A stretch of DNA of 64,000 nucleotides from Sedimentisphaeraceae bacterium JB056 (GCA_044440125.1 JBITAJ010000022.1:1-64000), one strand, 5' to 3'. Numbered from the stretch's first letter, positions 38,310 through 49,808 are shown. Program-made: numbers and translations. Notes: generated from the sequence alone by a model not told the origin.

Positions 38310-39494
38310 ATGATACCTATTAAAACCGACCTTAGATTGAAGCGAACGCCATATGCAAACTATGCATTGATAGCTGTAAATGTCTTCATATTCTTAATCA
38401 CATTTGCCCCCCATCCTGTGAAATACGAAATAAAGATAGTTACAGAGCCTCTGAAGGACTGGGCACAGACTTTTATACTTAATTCAGCTCGACCTCAGTT
38501 ATGGCAGTTTGTAACATACGGTTTTTTGCATTCAAGCTATCAGCATATAATCGGAAACATGTTCTTCCTGTATCTTTTCGGAAATAATGTTAACGATAGG
38601 CTCGGCAATACCGGTTATATAAGTTTCTATATCGCAGGCTGTATTTTTGCAGGCATAGGCTATTCATTGCTTCACGATACACCTGTCCTTGGTGCAAGCG
38701 GTGCCGTATCTGCCGTAACTGGAGCATATTTGGTCCTTTATCCCCGGTCTGTAATAACAATACTTTACTGGTTTGTAATAATCGGCACTATTGATGTCCC
38801 TGCGATATGGTTCATACTGCTCAAGATGGTACTAATTGATAATGTGATACAGGCAAGATATATGTCTGCTCCCATTGCTTACGATGCACACCTTGCTGGA
38901 TACGCCTTTGGCTTTATAACACCCATGGTACTGCTGTGGACAGGACTTCTTCAAAGAAGTAAAATGGATATGTTTGGAATGTTGAAGCAATGGTACAGAA
39001 GAAGGCAATTCAGAGAAGCGCTCAAGCAATCAAATTTTGACGAGGAAACAGGTATAAATATCCACAAAGTCAAGGCAGACTCAGATCAAAGCCCTGAAGA
39101 ACAACAGAAAACAGAGCAGATATATAAGCTGAGGTCTGAAATATCATCACTTATTATAAAGAAGAGGCTTGCTGAGGCGGCAAATAAATACATTGAGCTT
39201 CAAAATACTGATTCAGGCCAAATATTGCCGCTCAGAGAGCAACTTGACGTATCAAACTACCTAATGGCAAGTAACAGGTACAAGCAAGCATCATCAGCAT
39301 ACAAAGACTTCATAAAAGCATACCCTACATATAGTTACATAGAACAAATACACCTGATGCTTGGAGTAATATACGCACGTTACATTGTTGATAAGGATTT
39401 AGCCAAAAAATATTTAGAGCTGGCTTTGGATGGATTGGAAGAACCGAGCCAAAAGAAAATGTGCGAAAACGAACTCAAGAAAATAAGCAAATAA
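38310..39494 (+). CDS. Rhomboid intramembrane serine protease with C-terminal TPR domain
   Basis: WQFVTYGFLH...HIIGNM, GASGA, AHLAG; helical TPR-like C-terminus. Confidence 0.9.
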   Translation: MIPIKTDLRLKRTPYANYALIAVNVFIFLITFAPHPVKYEIKIVTEPLKDWAQTFILNSARPQLWQFVTYGFLHSSYQHIIGNMFFLYLFGNNVNDRLGNTGYISFYIAGCIFAGIGYSLLHDTPVLGASGAVSAVTGAYLVLYPRSVITILYWFVIIGTIDVPAIWFILLKMVLIDNVIQARYMSAPIAYDAHLAGYAFGFITPMVLLWTGLLQRSKMDMFGMLKQWYRRRQFREALKQSNFDEETGINIHKVKADSDQSPEEQQKTEQIYKLRSEISSLIIKKRLAEAANKYIELQNTDSGQILPLREQLDVSNYLMASNRYKQASSAYKDFIKAYPTYSYIEQIHLMLGVIYARYIVDKDLAKKYLELALDGLEEPSQKKMCENELKKISK

Positions 39495-39508
39495 TCGCTT
39501 TCGATTTC

Positions 39509-40432
39509 ATGAAAAATAGTAAAGTAATAAAACTGCTATGCACTCCCGAACCGCAATTCCTGCTTCCCGGATTATGCGCAATAGCGGTTGGTACGGCTGC
39601 TGGAGCCAAAGATGGCGGCAGTGTTCATTGGTTGTATGCTATACTCGCAGTAATAGCAATCGTATTCATAAACGCCGGCTCCAATATGCTCAATGACTAT
39701 TTCGATCATCTCAGTGGGAATGACTGGCTCAATGACAACGTAACAAAATTCGGCGGCGGGAGCAGATATATCCAGGATGGCATAGTCACCCCCGAAGCAA
39801 TGCGTATGGCAGGAGCAATAGCAATCTCAATCGGAGCAGCTATAGGCATTATGATAGTAATACTATCTGGCAGCCTGTTTATTCTAATCCTTGGCATGGC
39901 AGGGTTTACCGGTGGTCTTTTCTGGACTGCCCCGCCAATAAAACTATGCTACCGATTACCCGGTGAGCCGCATATTTTTGCAATGTTTGGATTGCTGCCT
40001 ACCTACGGAGCTTACTATCTCCAGCATAAACACATAGAACCAATACTTTTAATACCTGCATCAATTATCGGCATCCACATAGCTCTGGTAGCTTTGATCA
40101 ATTCAATACCCGATAGAAAAGCCGATGCCGCGGTTAATAAAAAAACATTTACAGTTCGTTTTGGGCTTAAAAACGCGATAATACTATACAAAGTACTATT
40201 GATGTCGGCATATTTACTGTCGCTTCTGACCATTTTGATAAGTAATAACAATACAGTCAAAGCTGCCTGTATTGGCCACTTATACACTTTCCCTATCGCT
40301 TTAATATGCATTTTGATATCCAGCAGTGAACGGCTATCAAAAAAGAACGTATCAACACCAAATGGGCTGACAATTGCGGTCTATTGTCTGGCTGGAATTG
40401 CAATGACAACGGCAATAATAATTTCTGGATAA
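39509..40432 (+). CDS. menA: UbiA-family prenyltransferase, MenA-like
   Basis: NDYFD..SG.D, GGGS, NSIPD..AD...KKTF.VR.G; many TMs; likely ATG at 39509. Confidence 0.75.
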   Translation: MKNSKVIKLLCTPEPQFLLPGLCAIAVGTAAGAKDGGSVHWLYAILAVIAIVFINAGSNMLNDYFDHLSGNDWLNDNVTKFGGGSRYIQDGIVTPEAMRMAGAIAISIGAAIGIMIVILSGSLFILILGMAGFTGGLFWTAPPIKLCYRLPGEPHIFAMFGLLPTYGAYYLQHKHIEPILLIPASIIGIHIALVALINSIPDRKADAAVNKKTFTVRFGLKNAIILYKVLLMSAYLLSLLTILISNNNTVKAACIGHLYTFPIALICILISSSERLSKKNVSTPNGLTIAVYCLAGIAMTTAIIISG

Positions 40433-40460
40433 GTTAATATCTGCGTTTGAAAAAAGTAAA

Positions 40461-41357
40461 ATGTTCGAACAGGAAATCAAAAATAAAGCATACGAACTTG
40501 GATTCGACATCTGCGGAATAACCAGCGCTCTCGAAATAGAGAAAACTGAGTCAGATAAACTTTTTAACTGGCTTAACAAAGGCCTCAATGCTGATCTTGG
40601 TTATATGGAAAGAAATGTAGAAAAACGAATATCAGCAGGTAAACTACTTGAAGATGCAAAATCAGTCATATGTGTTGGCATTAAATACGACAGGCTGCTT
40701 CCTGATAAACAGGCTGATTGTACAATATCTTCATATGCGTGTTATGAGGATTATCATTCAATCATAAAACCTAAACTCTTTGCACTTGCAGAGTTCATTA
40801 ACACGCTAATGAACGAAAGGTTTAAGTTCAAGGCTTGCGTTGACACTGTACCAATAGCGGAACGTTCTTATGCCCAAAAAGCAGGACTTGGCTTTATAGG
40901 CAAAAATAGAATGCTCATAAACAAGCTGTTTGGGAGCCGTATATTTCTTGGCGAACTTATCACGAATCTTGAACTGAAACCAGATGCTCCAATTGCAGGA
41001 GATTGTCGGAAATGTAGCAAATGTATAGATGCCTGCCCTACAGGCGCATTAACTTCTGACGGGATTGATTGTAACAAGTGTATAAGCTATCTTACAATTG
41101 AAAATCGCGGCCAAATTGATAAAAAGTACCACAAACTGGTCCAAGAAAACATTTTTGGGTGTGACAAATGTGTTGACGCTTGCCCTTTCAACGAAAATAC
41201 TCCCCTATCATCTCTTAAAAAGATACTCAATCCTGGTCTGATCTCTAAAGACATACTTGAAATGAGTACTGATGAGTTCGAGACTGTATTCGGGAAAAGC
41301 CCTCTATCTCGCGCAGGAATCGACAAATTAAAAACACATATCAAATATAATGATTGA
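40461..41357 (+). CDS. queG: Epoxyqueuosine reductase
   Basis: YA..EDYH, VDT.PIAER, AGLGFIGKN, CxxCxxCxxxCP, CISYLTIE, FGCD.C...CP.N. Confidence 0.92.
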   Translation: MFEQEIKNKAYELGFDICGITSALEIEKTESDKLFNWLNKGLNADLGYMERNVEKRISAGKLLEDAKSVICVGIKYDRLLPDKQADCTISSYACYEDYHSIIKPKLFALAEFINTLMNERFKFKACVDTVPIAERSYAQKAGLGFIGKNRMLINKLFGSRIFLGELITNLELKPDAPIAGDCRKCSKCIDACPTGALTSDGIDCNKCISYLTIENRGQIDKKYHKLVQENIFGCDKCVDACPFNENTPLSSLKKILNPGLISKDILEMSTDEFETVFGKSPLSRAGIDKLKTHIKYND

Positions 41358-41496
41358 TATATTCAACTTTGGCTTCAATGGCCATTAAAAACATTTTTAC
41401 ATCGTTTTGATTTACAGCTTGAAATTTACTAAAACTACTCCATAATATAGGCTTGACTTAATTTTATCATGGATATTTTACAAGGATACAATCATA

Positions 41497-42921
41497 ATGG
41501 ATATTACGCCTCTTGATTTAAAACTAAAATACAAAATAGCAGACGAATCATCTGCCGATTTCGGTAAGATGGAAATGCAAATATCAGAAAATGAGATGCC
41601 TGGACTTATGGCCGTAAGAGAAAAATACGGCAACGAAAAACCTTTCAAGGGTTTGAAAATCATGGGTTCTTTACACATGACAATCCAAACAGCAATGCTC
41701 ATTGAAACACTTCAGGTTCTCGGCGCTGACATACGATGGGCATCATGCAACATTTTTTCAACCCAAGACCACGCTGCAGCTGCAGTTGCAATCAAACTTG
41801 GCGTTCCTGTGTTTGCGTGGAAAGGTGAAAGCCTTGAAGAATACTGGTGGTGTACAGAGCAGGCCCTTACATGGCCTGATGGAAGCGGCCCTGATATGAT
41901 AGTTGATGATGGGGGCGATGCTACCATGTTCATTACTCTGGGGGCTAAAGCAGAAAGCAACCCAGCTGTTCTTGCTCAGGCTACTGATAATCCTGAGCTC
42001 AAGATTGTTCAGGCAAGGCTTAAAAAATCACTTGCTGAAAACAATAAAAGATGGACCCAAGTAGTAGACAACCTTAAGGGTGTTTCAGAAGAGACTACAA
42101 CTGGAGTTCACCGACTTTATCAGCTTGCAAGAGACAATGAACTGCCCTTCCCGGCAATTAATGTAAACGACTCTGTAACTAAGAGCAAATTCGATAATCT
42201 TTACGGCTGTCGTGAATCGCTTGCAGATGGCATAAAACGTGCAACCGACGTAATGATTGCAGGCAAGACCGTTGTAGTTGCCGGATTCGGCGATGTAGGC
42301 AAGGGTTGTGCTCAGAGTATGGGAGGATTTGGCGCTCGTGTACTTATAACGGAAATCGATCCCATATGTGCCCTTCAAGCGGTAATGGCTGGCTATCAGG
42401 TAGTAACAATGGATGACGCTGCCTCAATTGGCGATATCTTTGTTACAACAACCGGCTGCTGTGATGTGATCACCGGTAAACACATGAGAATGATGAAGGA
42501 TGAAGCGATTGTATGTAATATCGGACACTTTGACAGCGAGATAGAGATGAGCTATCTTGAGAATAACCCTAATTGCAAGAAGCAAACTGTCAAACCACAG
42601 GTTGATCTCTGGACACTCGAATCGGGTAAGAAGATAATCATACTCGCAGAGGGCAGACTCGTGAATCTTGGCTGTGCAACCGGACATCCGAGCTTTGTCA
42701 TGAGCTGCAGTTTCACAAACCAGGTTTTGGCTCAACTGATGCTTTCAACAGAGAAGCTTGAGAATAAAGTTTATACTTTGCCAAAGAAACTTGATGAGGA
42801 AGTAGCAATGCTTCATCTTGGCCGCTTTGACGCACAAATGACCAAGCTCAATGAAAAGCAAGCCGCTTATCTGGGAATTGATGCCAATGGCCCATTTAAG
42901 CCTGAACATTATAGATATTAG
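41497..42921 (+). CDS. ahcY: Adenosylhomocysteinase
   Basis: [64 protein letters not shown]. Confidence 0.98.
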   Translation: MDITPLDLKLKYKIADESSADFGKMEMQISENEMPGLMAVREKYGNEKPFKGLKIMGSLHMTIQTAMLIETLQVLGADIRWASCNIFSTQDHAAAAVAIKLGVPVFAWKGESLEEYWWCTEQALTWPDGSGPDMIVDDGGDATMFITLGAKAESNPAVLAQATDNPELKIVQARLKKSLAENNKRWTQVVDNLKGVSEETTTGVHRLYQLARDNELPFPAINVNDSVTKSKFDNLYGCRESLADGIKRATDVMIAGKTVVVAGFGDVGKGCAQSMGGFGARVLITEIDPICALQAVMAGYQVVTMDDAASIGDIFVTTTGCCDVITGKHMRMMKDEAIVCNIGHFDSEIEMSYLENNPNCKKQTVKPQVDLWTLESGKKIIILAEGRLVNLGCATGHPSFVMSCSFTNQVLAQLMLSTEKLENKVYTLPKKLDEEVAMLHLGRFDAQMTKLNEKQAAYLGIDANGPFKPEHYRY

Positions 42922-42941
42922 AAAAACCGAAAGGTCTTATT

Positions 42942-43925
42942 ATGATAATAGTAACAGGAGGAGCCGGGTTCATAGGCTCAGCAATAATTGCCGGACTCAA
43001 CAAAGCAGGATTCGACGATATAATTGTTGTTGACGAACTTGGCAGCGATGAAAAATGGAAAAATCTCCGCAGACTTAAATTCGCTGATTATCTGGAAAAA
43101 GAGGACTTCCTCGAACTCGTACTTGATGCCGATGATTGCATTGAAGCTGATGCGGTCATACATATGGGCGCATGTTCAAGTACGACCGAGACTGACTGCT
43201 CATTCCTTATAAACAATAACTATCAGTATACTAAGGAATTGTGCAACTGGTCGCTTGAAAACAATGCTCGTTTTATCTATGCATCAAGTGCCGCAACATA
43301 CGGGGATGGAGATAAGGGATTTGATGACAATATTGATTTGATCGACGAACTTGAACCTCTTAATATGTATGGGTATTCGAAACACATATTTGATAAATGG
43401 GCAATGAAGAGCGGAGCTATCGACCATATAGCCGGCTTAAAGTTTTTCAATGTGTTCGGCCCTAATGAATACCACAAGGCAAATATGATAAGCTTTGTAC
43501 TCAGAGCATATCAGCAGATCAAAGAAACAGGAAAAGTCAAATTGTTCAAATCTCATAGATCAGACTATAAAGACGGTGAACAACTGCGGGATTTTGTTTA
43601 CATAAAAGACGTTGTTGACATGACTCTTTTCTTCCTTGACAATCCAGAGACCAACGGCATCTACAATATAGGAACCGGACAAGCCAGAAGCTGGAATGAC
43701 CTTTCCGCTGCAGTTTTCGAAGCAATGTCAATGGAGCCGAATATAGAGTATATACCAATGCCTGAAATTCTTCAGGGCAAATACCAATATTACACCAAAG
43801 CAGATATTAAAAAACTTAAAAATGCCGGATACGACAAGCCTGTGACAAGTCTTGAAAATGCTGTAACAGACTATGTCCAGAATTATATAGCAAGAAACGA
43901 TTACCTGCATGCAGGTAATTATTGA
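42942..43925 (+). CDS. rfaD: ADP-L-glycero-D-manno-heptose 6-epimerase
   Basis: MIIVTGGAGFIGS, HMGACSSTTE, YASSAATYG, YGYSK, FFNVFGPNEYHK, KYQYYT.AD. Confidence 0.93.
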   Translation: MIIVTGGAGFIGSAIIAGLNKAGFDDIIVVDELGSDEKWKNLRRLKFADYLEKEDFLELVLDADDCIEADAVIHMGACSSTTETDCSFLINNNYQYTKELCNWSLENNARFIYASSAATYGDGDKGFDDNIDLIDELEPLNMYGYSKHIFDKWAMKSGAIDHIAGLKFFNVFGPNEYHKANMISFVLRAYQQIKETGKVKLFKSHRSDYKDGEQLRDFVYIKDVVDMTLFFLDNPETNGIYNIGTGQARSWNDLSAAVFEAMSMEPNIEYIPMPEILQGKYQYYTKADIKKLKNAGYDKPVTSLENAVTDYVQNYIARNDYLHAGNY

Positions 43926-43942
43926 AATACGGCGGAGGATGT

Positions 43943-44422
43943 ATGACAAAAGAAGAAAAGAAGAAGATCAACGCCGAAAGATATCTGGCACAGCGAGGCT
44001 ATAGCTATGATGAACTTAACCACGAACAAAAGCTAATAATGAACAACTTTGTTCGAGGTAAAGGCATGTTGCTATATAGCCTCATTATGATCCTTCTATC
44101 TTTTTTAGCTCTCGCTTTCACAACCTACAAGGGATTTGAGATAGTCGAAAAAAACACTCGATTCATTAACGCAAAAGATGTAATATTCTATGCTGTAGTA
44201 GCAGAAGATTACGAGAGGATAATTGAGCCGCTTCAGGTAAGAAGTATAGCAGAAAAAGTAATAGAAACATCACTTACTAATGGCGTAAGGCTTGGTACAA
44301 CTTTTTTTCTTATTGCAATAATGATAACTGCAATAATTCAGCAGCGGGATAAACGCAAAACGATAGAAGCTTTTTTCCCGCAAAAAAAGTGTATGCCAAA
44401 CGAAAATCAGGAGGATTCGTGA
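43943..44422 (+). CDS. Hypothetical membrane protein (2 TM)
   Basis: GGAGG RBS before ATG 43943; two hydrophobic segments; fills the operon gap. Confidence 0.65.
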   Translation: MTKEEKKKINAERYLAQRGYSYDELNHEQKLIMNNFVRGKGMLLYSLIMILLSFLALAFTTYKGFEIVEKNTRFINAKDVIFYAVVAEDYERIIEPLQVRSIAEKVIETSLTNGVRLGTTFFLIAIMITAIIQQRDKRKTIEAFFPQKKCMPNENQEDS

Positions 44423-44425
44423 TCA

Positions 44426-45355
44426 GTGAAACAGCGTGCTCCTCAAAATAGAACCATATCACTAACAGACGCCCAGCAGAAAAGGTATAGAAAAAAGCTG
44501 CTAAAGCTTAAAAAGACTGCTGAAGTTAGTGATATAATAAACAAGACGATACAACAGGACGTTTTGGATGCGGCTGATTTTTTGCCGGAAAAGTTTGTTG
44601 ACCTTCTTATAGCGGATCCGCCTTATAATCTCACCAAGAAGTTTAACACACACTCTTTCTCAATGATTCCGCATATAAAATATGTTGAATATATTGACAG
44701 TTGGTTTTCAAAAATAATAAAAGTGCTTAAACCAAATGCTTCTGTCTATATTTGCAGCGATTGGAGATCTTCTGCTGCTGTACAGACCGTACTTTCAAAG
44801 TACCTGACCGTACGCAACAGGATAACATGGGAACGCGAAAAAGGACGCGGTTCACAAAAAAACTGGAAGAATAGTTCTGAAGATATTTGGTTCGCGACAA
44901 TGAGCGATAAATACACTTTTAATATTGACGATGTAAAACTCAATAAACGAGTTATAGCTCCTTATAAGAACAGTGACGGCAGCCCTAAAGACTGGGCGGA
45001 AAGTGAAAAAGGCAAATTCCGCAAAACATGTCCGTCCAATTTATGGACTGATATCACTATACCGTTCTGGTCTATGCCTGAGAACACTGACCACCCTACT
45101 CAAAAACCGGAAAAGCTTCTTGCCAAGCTAATCCTTGCAAGCTCTAACGAAAATGATGTCGTATTAGATCCTTTCTTAGGAAGTGGAACAACAAGCGTTA
45201 CCGCCAAAAAACTGGGAAGAAAATATGTTGGAGTTGAAATCGATGAAACGTATTGCTGTCTCGCCGAAAAAAGGTTAGAACTAACGGATGAAAACGACAG
45301 TATACAGGGGTACATTAACGGTGAATTCTACGAAAGAAATTCAGTAAAGAAATAA
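44426..45355 (+). CDS. Orphan beta-class N4-C/N6-A DNA methyltransferase
   Basis: DPPY precedes HPTQKP and LDPFLGSGTT (beta order); no adjacent restriction gene. Confidence 0.9.
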   Translation: MKQRAPQNRTISLTDAQQKRYRKKLLKLKKTAEVSDIINKTIQQDVLDAADFLPEKFVDLLIADPPYNLTKKFNTHSFSMIPHIKYVEYIDSWFSKIIKVLKPNASVYICSDWRSSAAVQTVLSKYLTVRNRITWEREKGRGSQKNWKNSSEDIWFATMSDKYTFNIDDVKLNKRVIAPYKNSDGSPKDWAESEKGKFRKTCPSNLWTDITIPFWSMPENTDHPTQKPEKLLAKLILASSNENDVVLDPFLGSGTTSVTAKKLGRKYVGVEIDETYCCLAEKRLELTDENDSIQGYINGEFYERNSVKK

Positions 45356-45419
45356 ATATTCAAAAAATGAATTTTGATTTTCTTGAAGTATGATTGGATA
45401 CAATAATCAAGGTGAAAAG

Positions 45420-46619
45420 ATGACAAATAATAAAATAGCAAAAGTATCTATAGGAGCCATAGTGCTGCTGCTTGTGATAGCAGGTATAACATTTTACTAC
45501 TGGAAAGCCCATCATGAGCCACCGGCACAACCGTTTCAAATGCCGGCTCCTGCTGTAACTGTCGACAAACCTATAATAAAGACAGTTGACCAATATTATG
45601 ATTTCACCGGCAATGTAGAAGCCGTATCAACAGTAGAAATACGCGCGCGTATTGAAGGCCTGATAGAAGATATAAACTTTACAGATGGAAGCTTTATCGA
45701 AAAAGATCAATTACTTTTCACTATCGAATCTGACCAATACGAAGCAAAAGTAAACGAGGCGAATGCTAAAGTTCTTAGTGCAAAGGCAGAACTCGAAAGT
45801 GCACAGGCCGATCTGGAACGTGTTGAAAAAGCTGTTAAAAGTAATGCTGTCAGCCTTGAAGAGGTTAGCAGAAGAAAAGCACAGAAAAATATAGCACAAG
45901 CGAACCTCGAAGAAGCACAGGCTGCTCTTGAAAATGCAAAAATAGAACTGAACTACACAAAAATTTATTCACCAATAAGTGGGCGAATAAGCAAGAGACT
46001 TATTGACAAGGGTAATTTGGTAGGAGCTGGAGAGTACACGCTGCTTACAACTGTTGTATCCATAGATCCGGTGTACGTAACTTTTGAGATGAGTGAAAAC
46101 GTTCTGGCGGAGTATTTACTTACTAACAACAATGTCAAAAAATGCAATCCAGAAAGCAATATATTTGTAGCAGCGCCTGCCGAAAATAAGTACACACACA
46201 AAGGAGTTGTTGACTATATAGATAATAGAGTAAACAGACAGACAGGTACTATAGAGCTCAGAGCCACTGTAGAAAATAACGATCACATTCTATATCCAGG
46301 CATGTTTACAAGGGTAAGAATGCCTGGCAAATCGATAAAAGATGCTGTGCTTGTAGAAGAATCGGCTATCGGCACTAATCTTGGTGGTAAATATATACTT
46401 GTAGTAGATAAAGACAACATCGTTTCGACAAGGTATGTTGAGCCCGGTCTAAGCTATGAAAATCTCAAAGTTATAAACAGTGGACTTGAACGTGAAGAGA
46501 AATATGTAACAAGAGGTCTGCAAAAAGCTCGCCCTGGTAAACCGATAACTCCAATGCCACCTGCAAAGGATTCCGGGCAAGAGATTTCACAACCTGAAGA
46601 CGAGAACAGGAGCAACTGA
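45420..46619 (+). CDS. RND efflux periplasmic adaptor (MFP)
   Basis: N-terminal TM, lipoyl and hairpin motifs (VEIRARIEG, SPISGRI), LYPGMF.RV; ATG 45420 preferred. Confidence 0.92.
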   Translation: MTNNKIAKVSIGAIVLLLVIAGITFYYWKAHHEPPAQPFQMPAPAVTVDKPIIKTVDQYYDFTGNVEAVSTVEIRARIEGLIEDINFTDGSFIEKDQLLFTIESDQYEAKVNEANAKVLSAKAELESAQADLERVEKAVKSNAVSLEEVSRRKAQKNIAQANLEEAQAALENAKIELNYTKIYSPISGRISKRLIDKGNLVGAGEYTLLTTVVSIDPVYVTFEMSENVLAEYLLTNNNVKKCNPESNIFVAAPAENKYTHKGVVDYIDNRVNRQTGTIELRATVENNDHILYPGMFTRVRMPGKSIKDAVLVEESAIGTNLGGKYILVVDKDNIVSTRYVEPGLSYENLKVINSGLEREEKYVTRGLQKARPGKPITPMPPAKDSGQEISQPEDENRSN

Positions 46620-46621
46620 TA

Positions 46622-49600
46622 ATGTTCACAAGTTTCTTTGTAAACAGACCTATTTTCGCAAGCGTAATATCGATATTTATCGTTATAGTTGGTGTTATTT
46701 CCATACCACAGCTTCCAGTTGAACAAACTCCTGACATAACGCCGCCTACAATATCCGTCAGTGCCCAGTATCCCGGTGCAAGCGCCTCTACGATAGCAGA
46801 AACAGTTGCCACACCTCTTGAAGAGGAAATAAACGGTATACAGGATGTTCTGTATATATCAAGTAAATCCAATAGTGACGGCACGCTTGGCATCACTGTT
46901 ACTTTTGATATCGGCGTTGACACAGACATGGCAACAGTTCTTGTGCAGAACAAAGTGGCTGTTGCAGAACCAGGCCTTCCCGAGGAAGTTAAAAGATATG
47001 GAATAGTAACGCAGAAACGATCTACAAATATCACACTCTTTGTAAGTCTTATTTCACCAAAAGGTACATTAGATGAAATATATCTGAGTAACTATGCCAA
47101 CCTTTATATAACCGATGCGATAAAACGTGTACCCGGAGTGGGCGATGTTAATGTCTTTGGTGAAAAAGATTTCAGTATGCGAATCTGGCTGGATCCGGAA
47201 AAAATGAAGGCCAGAAACGTGACTACCAATGACGTGATCAATGCTATAAGCAATCAGAACGTAGAAGTTGCTGCCGGCATCGTAGGTGCCCCGCCATCGC
47301 CTAAAGGACAACAATTCCAATATACAATCAATACCAAAGGCAGACTTTCCGATGCTAAGGAATTTGAAGATATAATTGTCAAGGTTACCCCAGAAGGTGA
47401 CACTCTATATGTCAGAGACATAGCTCGTATAGAACTTGGATCAGCGGTATATAATTCATCAGCAACACTTAACGGTTCACCAACTATTGCGATTGGTATT
47501 TACCAGCTTCCAGGTGCCAATGCTCTTGAAGTAGCAGACGGCATACGAAAGGTACTTCGTGAACTTGAAGACGGTTTCCCTGAAGATATGGAATATACCA
47601 TTCCATACGACCCAACCCTTTTTATATCTGCTTCTGTTAAAGAGGTTCTAACCAATCTCTTTATCACAGTATTTTTGGTTATACTTACAGTCTATGTATT
47701 CTTACAGGATTTCAGAACAACTCTAATCCCTGCTGTTACGATTCCGGTATCGTTAATAGGTACGTTTGCAGTTATGCTTGTATTAGGTATTTCGATTAAC
47801 ACTATCACACTGTTTGGACTGCTTCTGGCAATTGGAGTGGTGGTTGATGATTCGATAGTTGTTGTGGAAAATACAATGCGTATAATCGATGAGGAAAAAC
47901 TTTCCGCCAAAGCTGCAGCACGTAAAAGCATGCGGCAGATAACGGCTCCATGTATAGCAACAACTCTTGTTCTGCTTGCAGTGTTTGTGCCAACAGGAAT
48001 GATATCAGGAATATCAGGAAGGCTTTACAATCAGTTTGCTATAACGATATCAGCCGCAACAGTGTTTTCGTCGATAAATGCGTTGACCTTGAGTCCCGCA
48101 TTATGCGGCATTCTTCTTCGCCCCACGAAAACAAGACATGGCCTATTCTTTAGAATGTTCAACAAGCTTGTAGGAAACGCGACAAATGGCTATGTGTCAA
48201 TTGTCAGTAGAACCACAAGAAAATTCAGCTTGATGCTTGCCATTTATGCAATATTCGGCTTTGGAACATTAGTTTGCTTCAAATCAACACCATCAGGTTT
48301 TATACCAGACGAAGATCAGGGATTTGTGTTTATTAATATAGAACTGCCTGATGCTGCAACTCTTGAACGTACAGATGAAGTAAAGCGGCAAGTTGAAGCT
48401 ATGATTAAACAGATACCGGAAGTCAAAAATGTGGTAGCCATAGGAGGTTACTCTCTAATAAACGGTATCTCAACTACCAACGCTGCAGCGATGTTCGTTG
48501 AGCTGATTCCATGGGATCAGCGGCAAGGCCCTGAACACCATGTAAACAGCATTGTAGGACGCATGTACGGAATCTTTACGCAAATACCTGACGCTGTCAT
48601 ACTGGCTTTCATACCGCCTCCAGTGAGCGGTTTAGGTGTATCCGGCGGTTTTGAAATGCAACTGCAAGACAGAGAAAATGCCGGTTTATTAACTCTGCAG
48701 GATTATGCCAACAGAATAGTAGATGAGTCAGAAAAAAGCCCTGTTGTAAGCAGGCTCAACAGCGCCCTTAGAGCAGACTTCCCGCAACTTGAACTCATTG
48801 TTGACAGAGAAAAAACAATGAAACTTGGAGTCAATGTACTCGAAGTCTTTCAGACGCTCCAAACATACCTTGGGTCAAGCTATGTAAATGACTTCAATCT
48901 TTTTGGAAGAGTATTCCAGGTAAAAGTACAGGCTGATGCCCAATTCAGAGACAAAATAGGCGACATAAAAAAACTTGAAGTAAGAAACGATAAAGGGAAT
49001 ATGATACCTTTATCTACATTTGTAAAGATAAAGGAAGTCTCCGGACCGCAGACAATATCACATTTCAATCTTTATTCAAGTACTCAGATAACAGGCCAGC
49101 CCACTGAAGGATACAGTACAGGACAGGCCATATCAGAGATGGAAAAAATAATAAAGGAAATAACTCCAAGCAGCATTGGGGTCGACTATTCCGGCGTAAC
49201 CTATCAGGAGTTAAAAGCCGGCAATACTGCACCATTCATATTCGGCATGGCCGTTCTGTTTGTAGTGCTGTTCCTTGCCGCACAGTATGAAAGTTGGACA
49301 ATACCTTTTGCTATCGTGTTCACCATACCCGTGGCCATCTTAGGGGGTATAGGACTCACTTTCCTGAACAAGCTTGACAATAATGTATATACCCAAATAG
49401 GATTTGTACTTTTGGTCGCTCTTGCAAGCAAGAATGCAATCCTTCTTGTTGAATTTGCAAAACAGCTTCACGAAGAAGAAGGAATGAGCATATTTGATGC
49501 TGCGGTTTTCGCTGCCCGTCAGAGATTCAGGCCGATACAGATGACCGCTTTCACTTTTATTCTCGGTGCCTTACCGCTTCTATTTGCAAGTGGTGCTGGT

Positions 49601-49798
49601 GCGGCAAGCAGAAAAGCCCTTGGTACTGTTGTGTTCGGTGGTATGGTAATGGGAAGTATGGTTGGCATATTCTTTATACCGGCATTCTATGTAATGCTTC
49701 AGACATTAGCTGAAAAGTTCAGTAAAAAAGGAGCAGACAAAGAAAATCCGACAGAAACTGTTAAACTACCGGAAGAAACTACACCAGAACAGGACTGA
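46622..49798 (+). CDS. RND efflux permease, HAE1/AcrB family
   Basis: FVNRPIFA, YPGASA, GVVVDDSIVVVEN, SKNAILLVEFA, RFRPI.MT. Confidence 0.95.
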   Translation: MFTSFFVNRPIFASVISIFIVIVGVISIPQLPVEQTPDITPPTISVSAQYPGASASTIAETVATPLEEEINGIQDVLYISSKSNSDGTLGITVTFDIGVDTDMATVLVQNKVAVAEPGLPEEVKRYGIVTQKRSTNITLFVSLISPKGTLDEIYLSNYANLYITDAIKRVPGVGDVNVFGEKDFSMRIWLDPEKMKARNVTTNDVINAISNQNVEVAAGIVGAPPSPKGQQFQYTINTKGRLSDAKEFEDIIVKVTPEGDTLYVRDIARIELGSAVYNSSATLNGSPTIAIGIYQLPGANALEVADGIRKVLRELEDGFPEDMEYTIPYDPTLFISASVKEVLTNLFITVFLVILTVYVFLQDFRTTLIPAVTIPVSLIGTFAVMLVLGISINTITLFGLLLAIGVVVDDSIVVVENTMRIIDEEKLSAKAAARKSMRQITAPCIATTLVLLAVFVPTGMISGISGRLYNQFAITISAATVFSSINALTLSPALCGILLRPTKTRHGLFFRMFNKLVGNATNGYVSIVSRTTRKFSLMLAIYAIFGFGTLVCFKSTPSGFIPDEDQGFVFINIELPDAATLERTDEVKRQVEAMIKQIPEVKNVVAIGGYSLINGISTTNAAAMFVELIPWDQRQGPEHHVNSIVGRMYGIFTQIPDAVILAFIPPPVSGLGVSGGFEMQLQDRENAGLLTLQDYANRIVDESEKSPVVSRLNSALRADFPQLELIVDREKTMKLGVNVLEVFQTLQTYLGSSYVNDFNLFGRVFQVKVQADAQFRDKIGDIKKLEVRNDKGNMIPLSTFVKIKEVSGPQTISHFNLYSSTQITGQPTEGYSTGQAISEMEKIIKEITPSSIGVDYSGVTYQELKAGNTAPFIFGMAVLFVVLFLAAQYESWTIPFAIVFTIPVAILGGIGLTFLNKLDNNVYTQIGFVLLVALASKNAILLVEFAKQLHEEEGMSIFDAAVFAARQRFRPIQMTAFTFILGALPLLFASGAGAASRKALGTVVFGGMVMGSMVGIFFIPAFYVMLQTLAEKFSKKGADKENPTETVKLPEETTPEQD

Positions 49799-49808
49799 TA
49801 AGTTTTGA

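Noticed and set aside
41358..41496. SAH/SAM riboswitch upstream of ahcY
   Set aside because: Short AT-rich spacer with no recognisable aptamer consensus.
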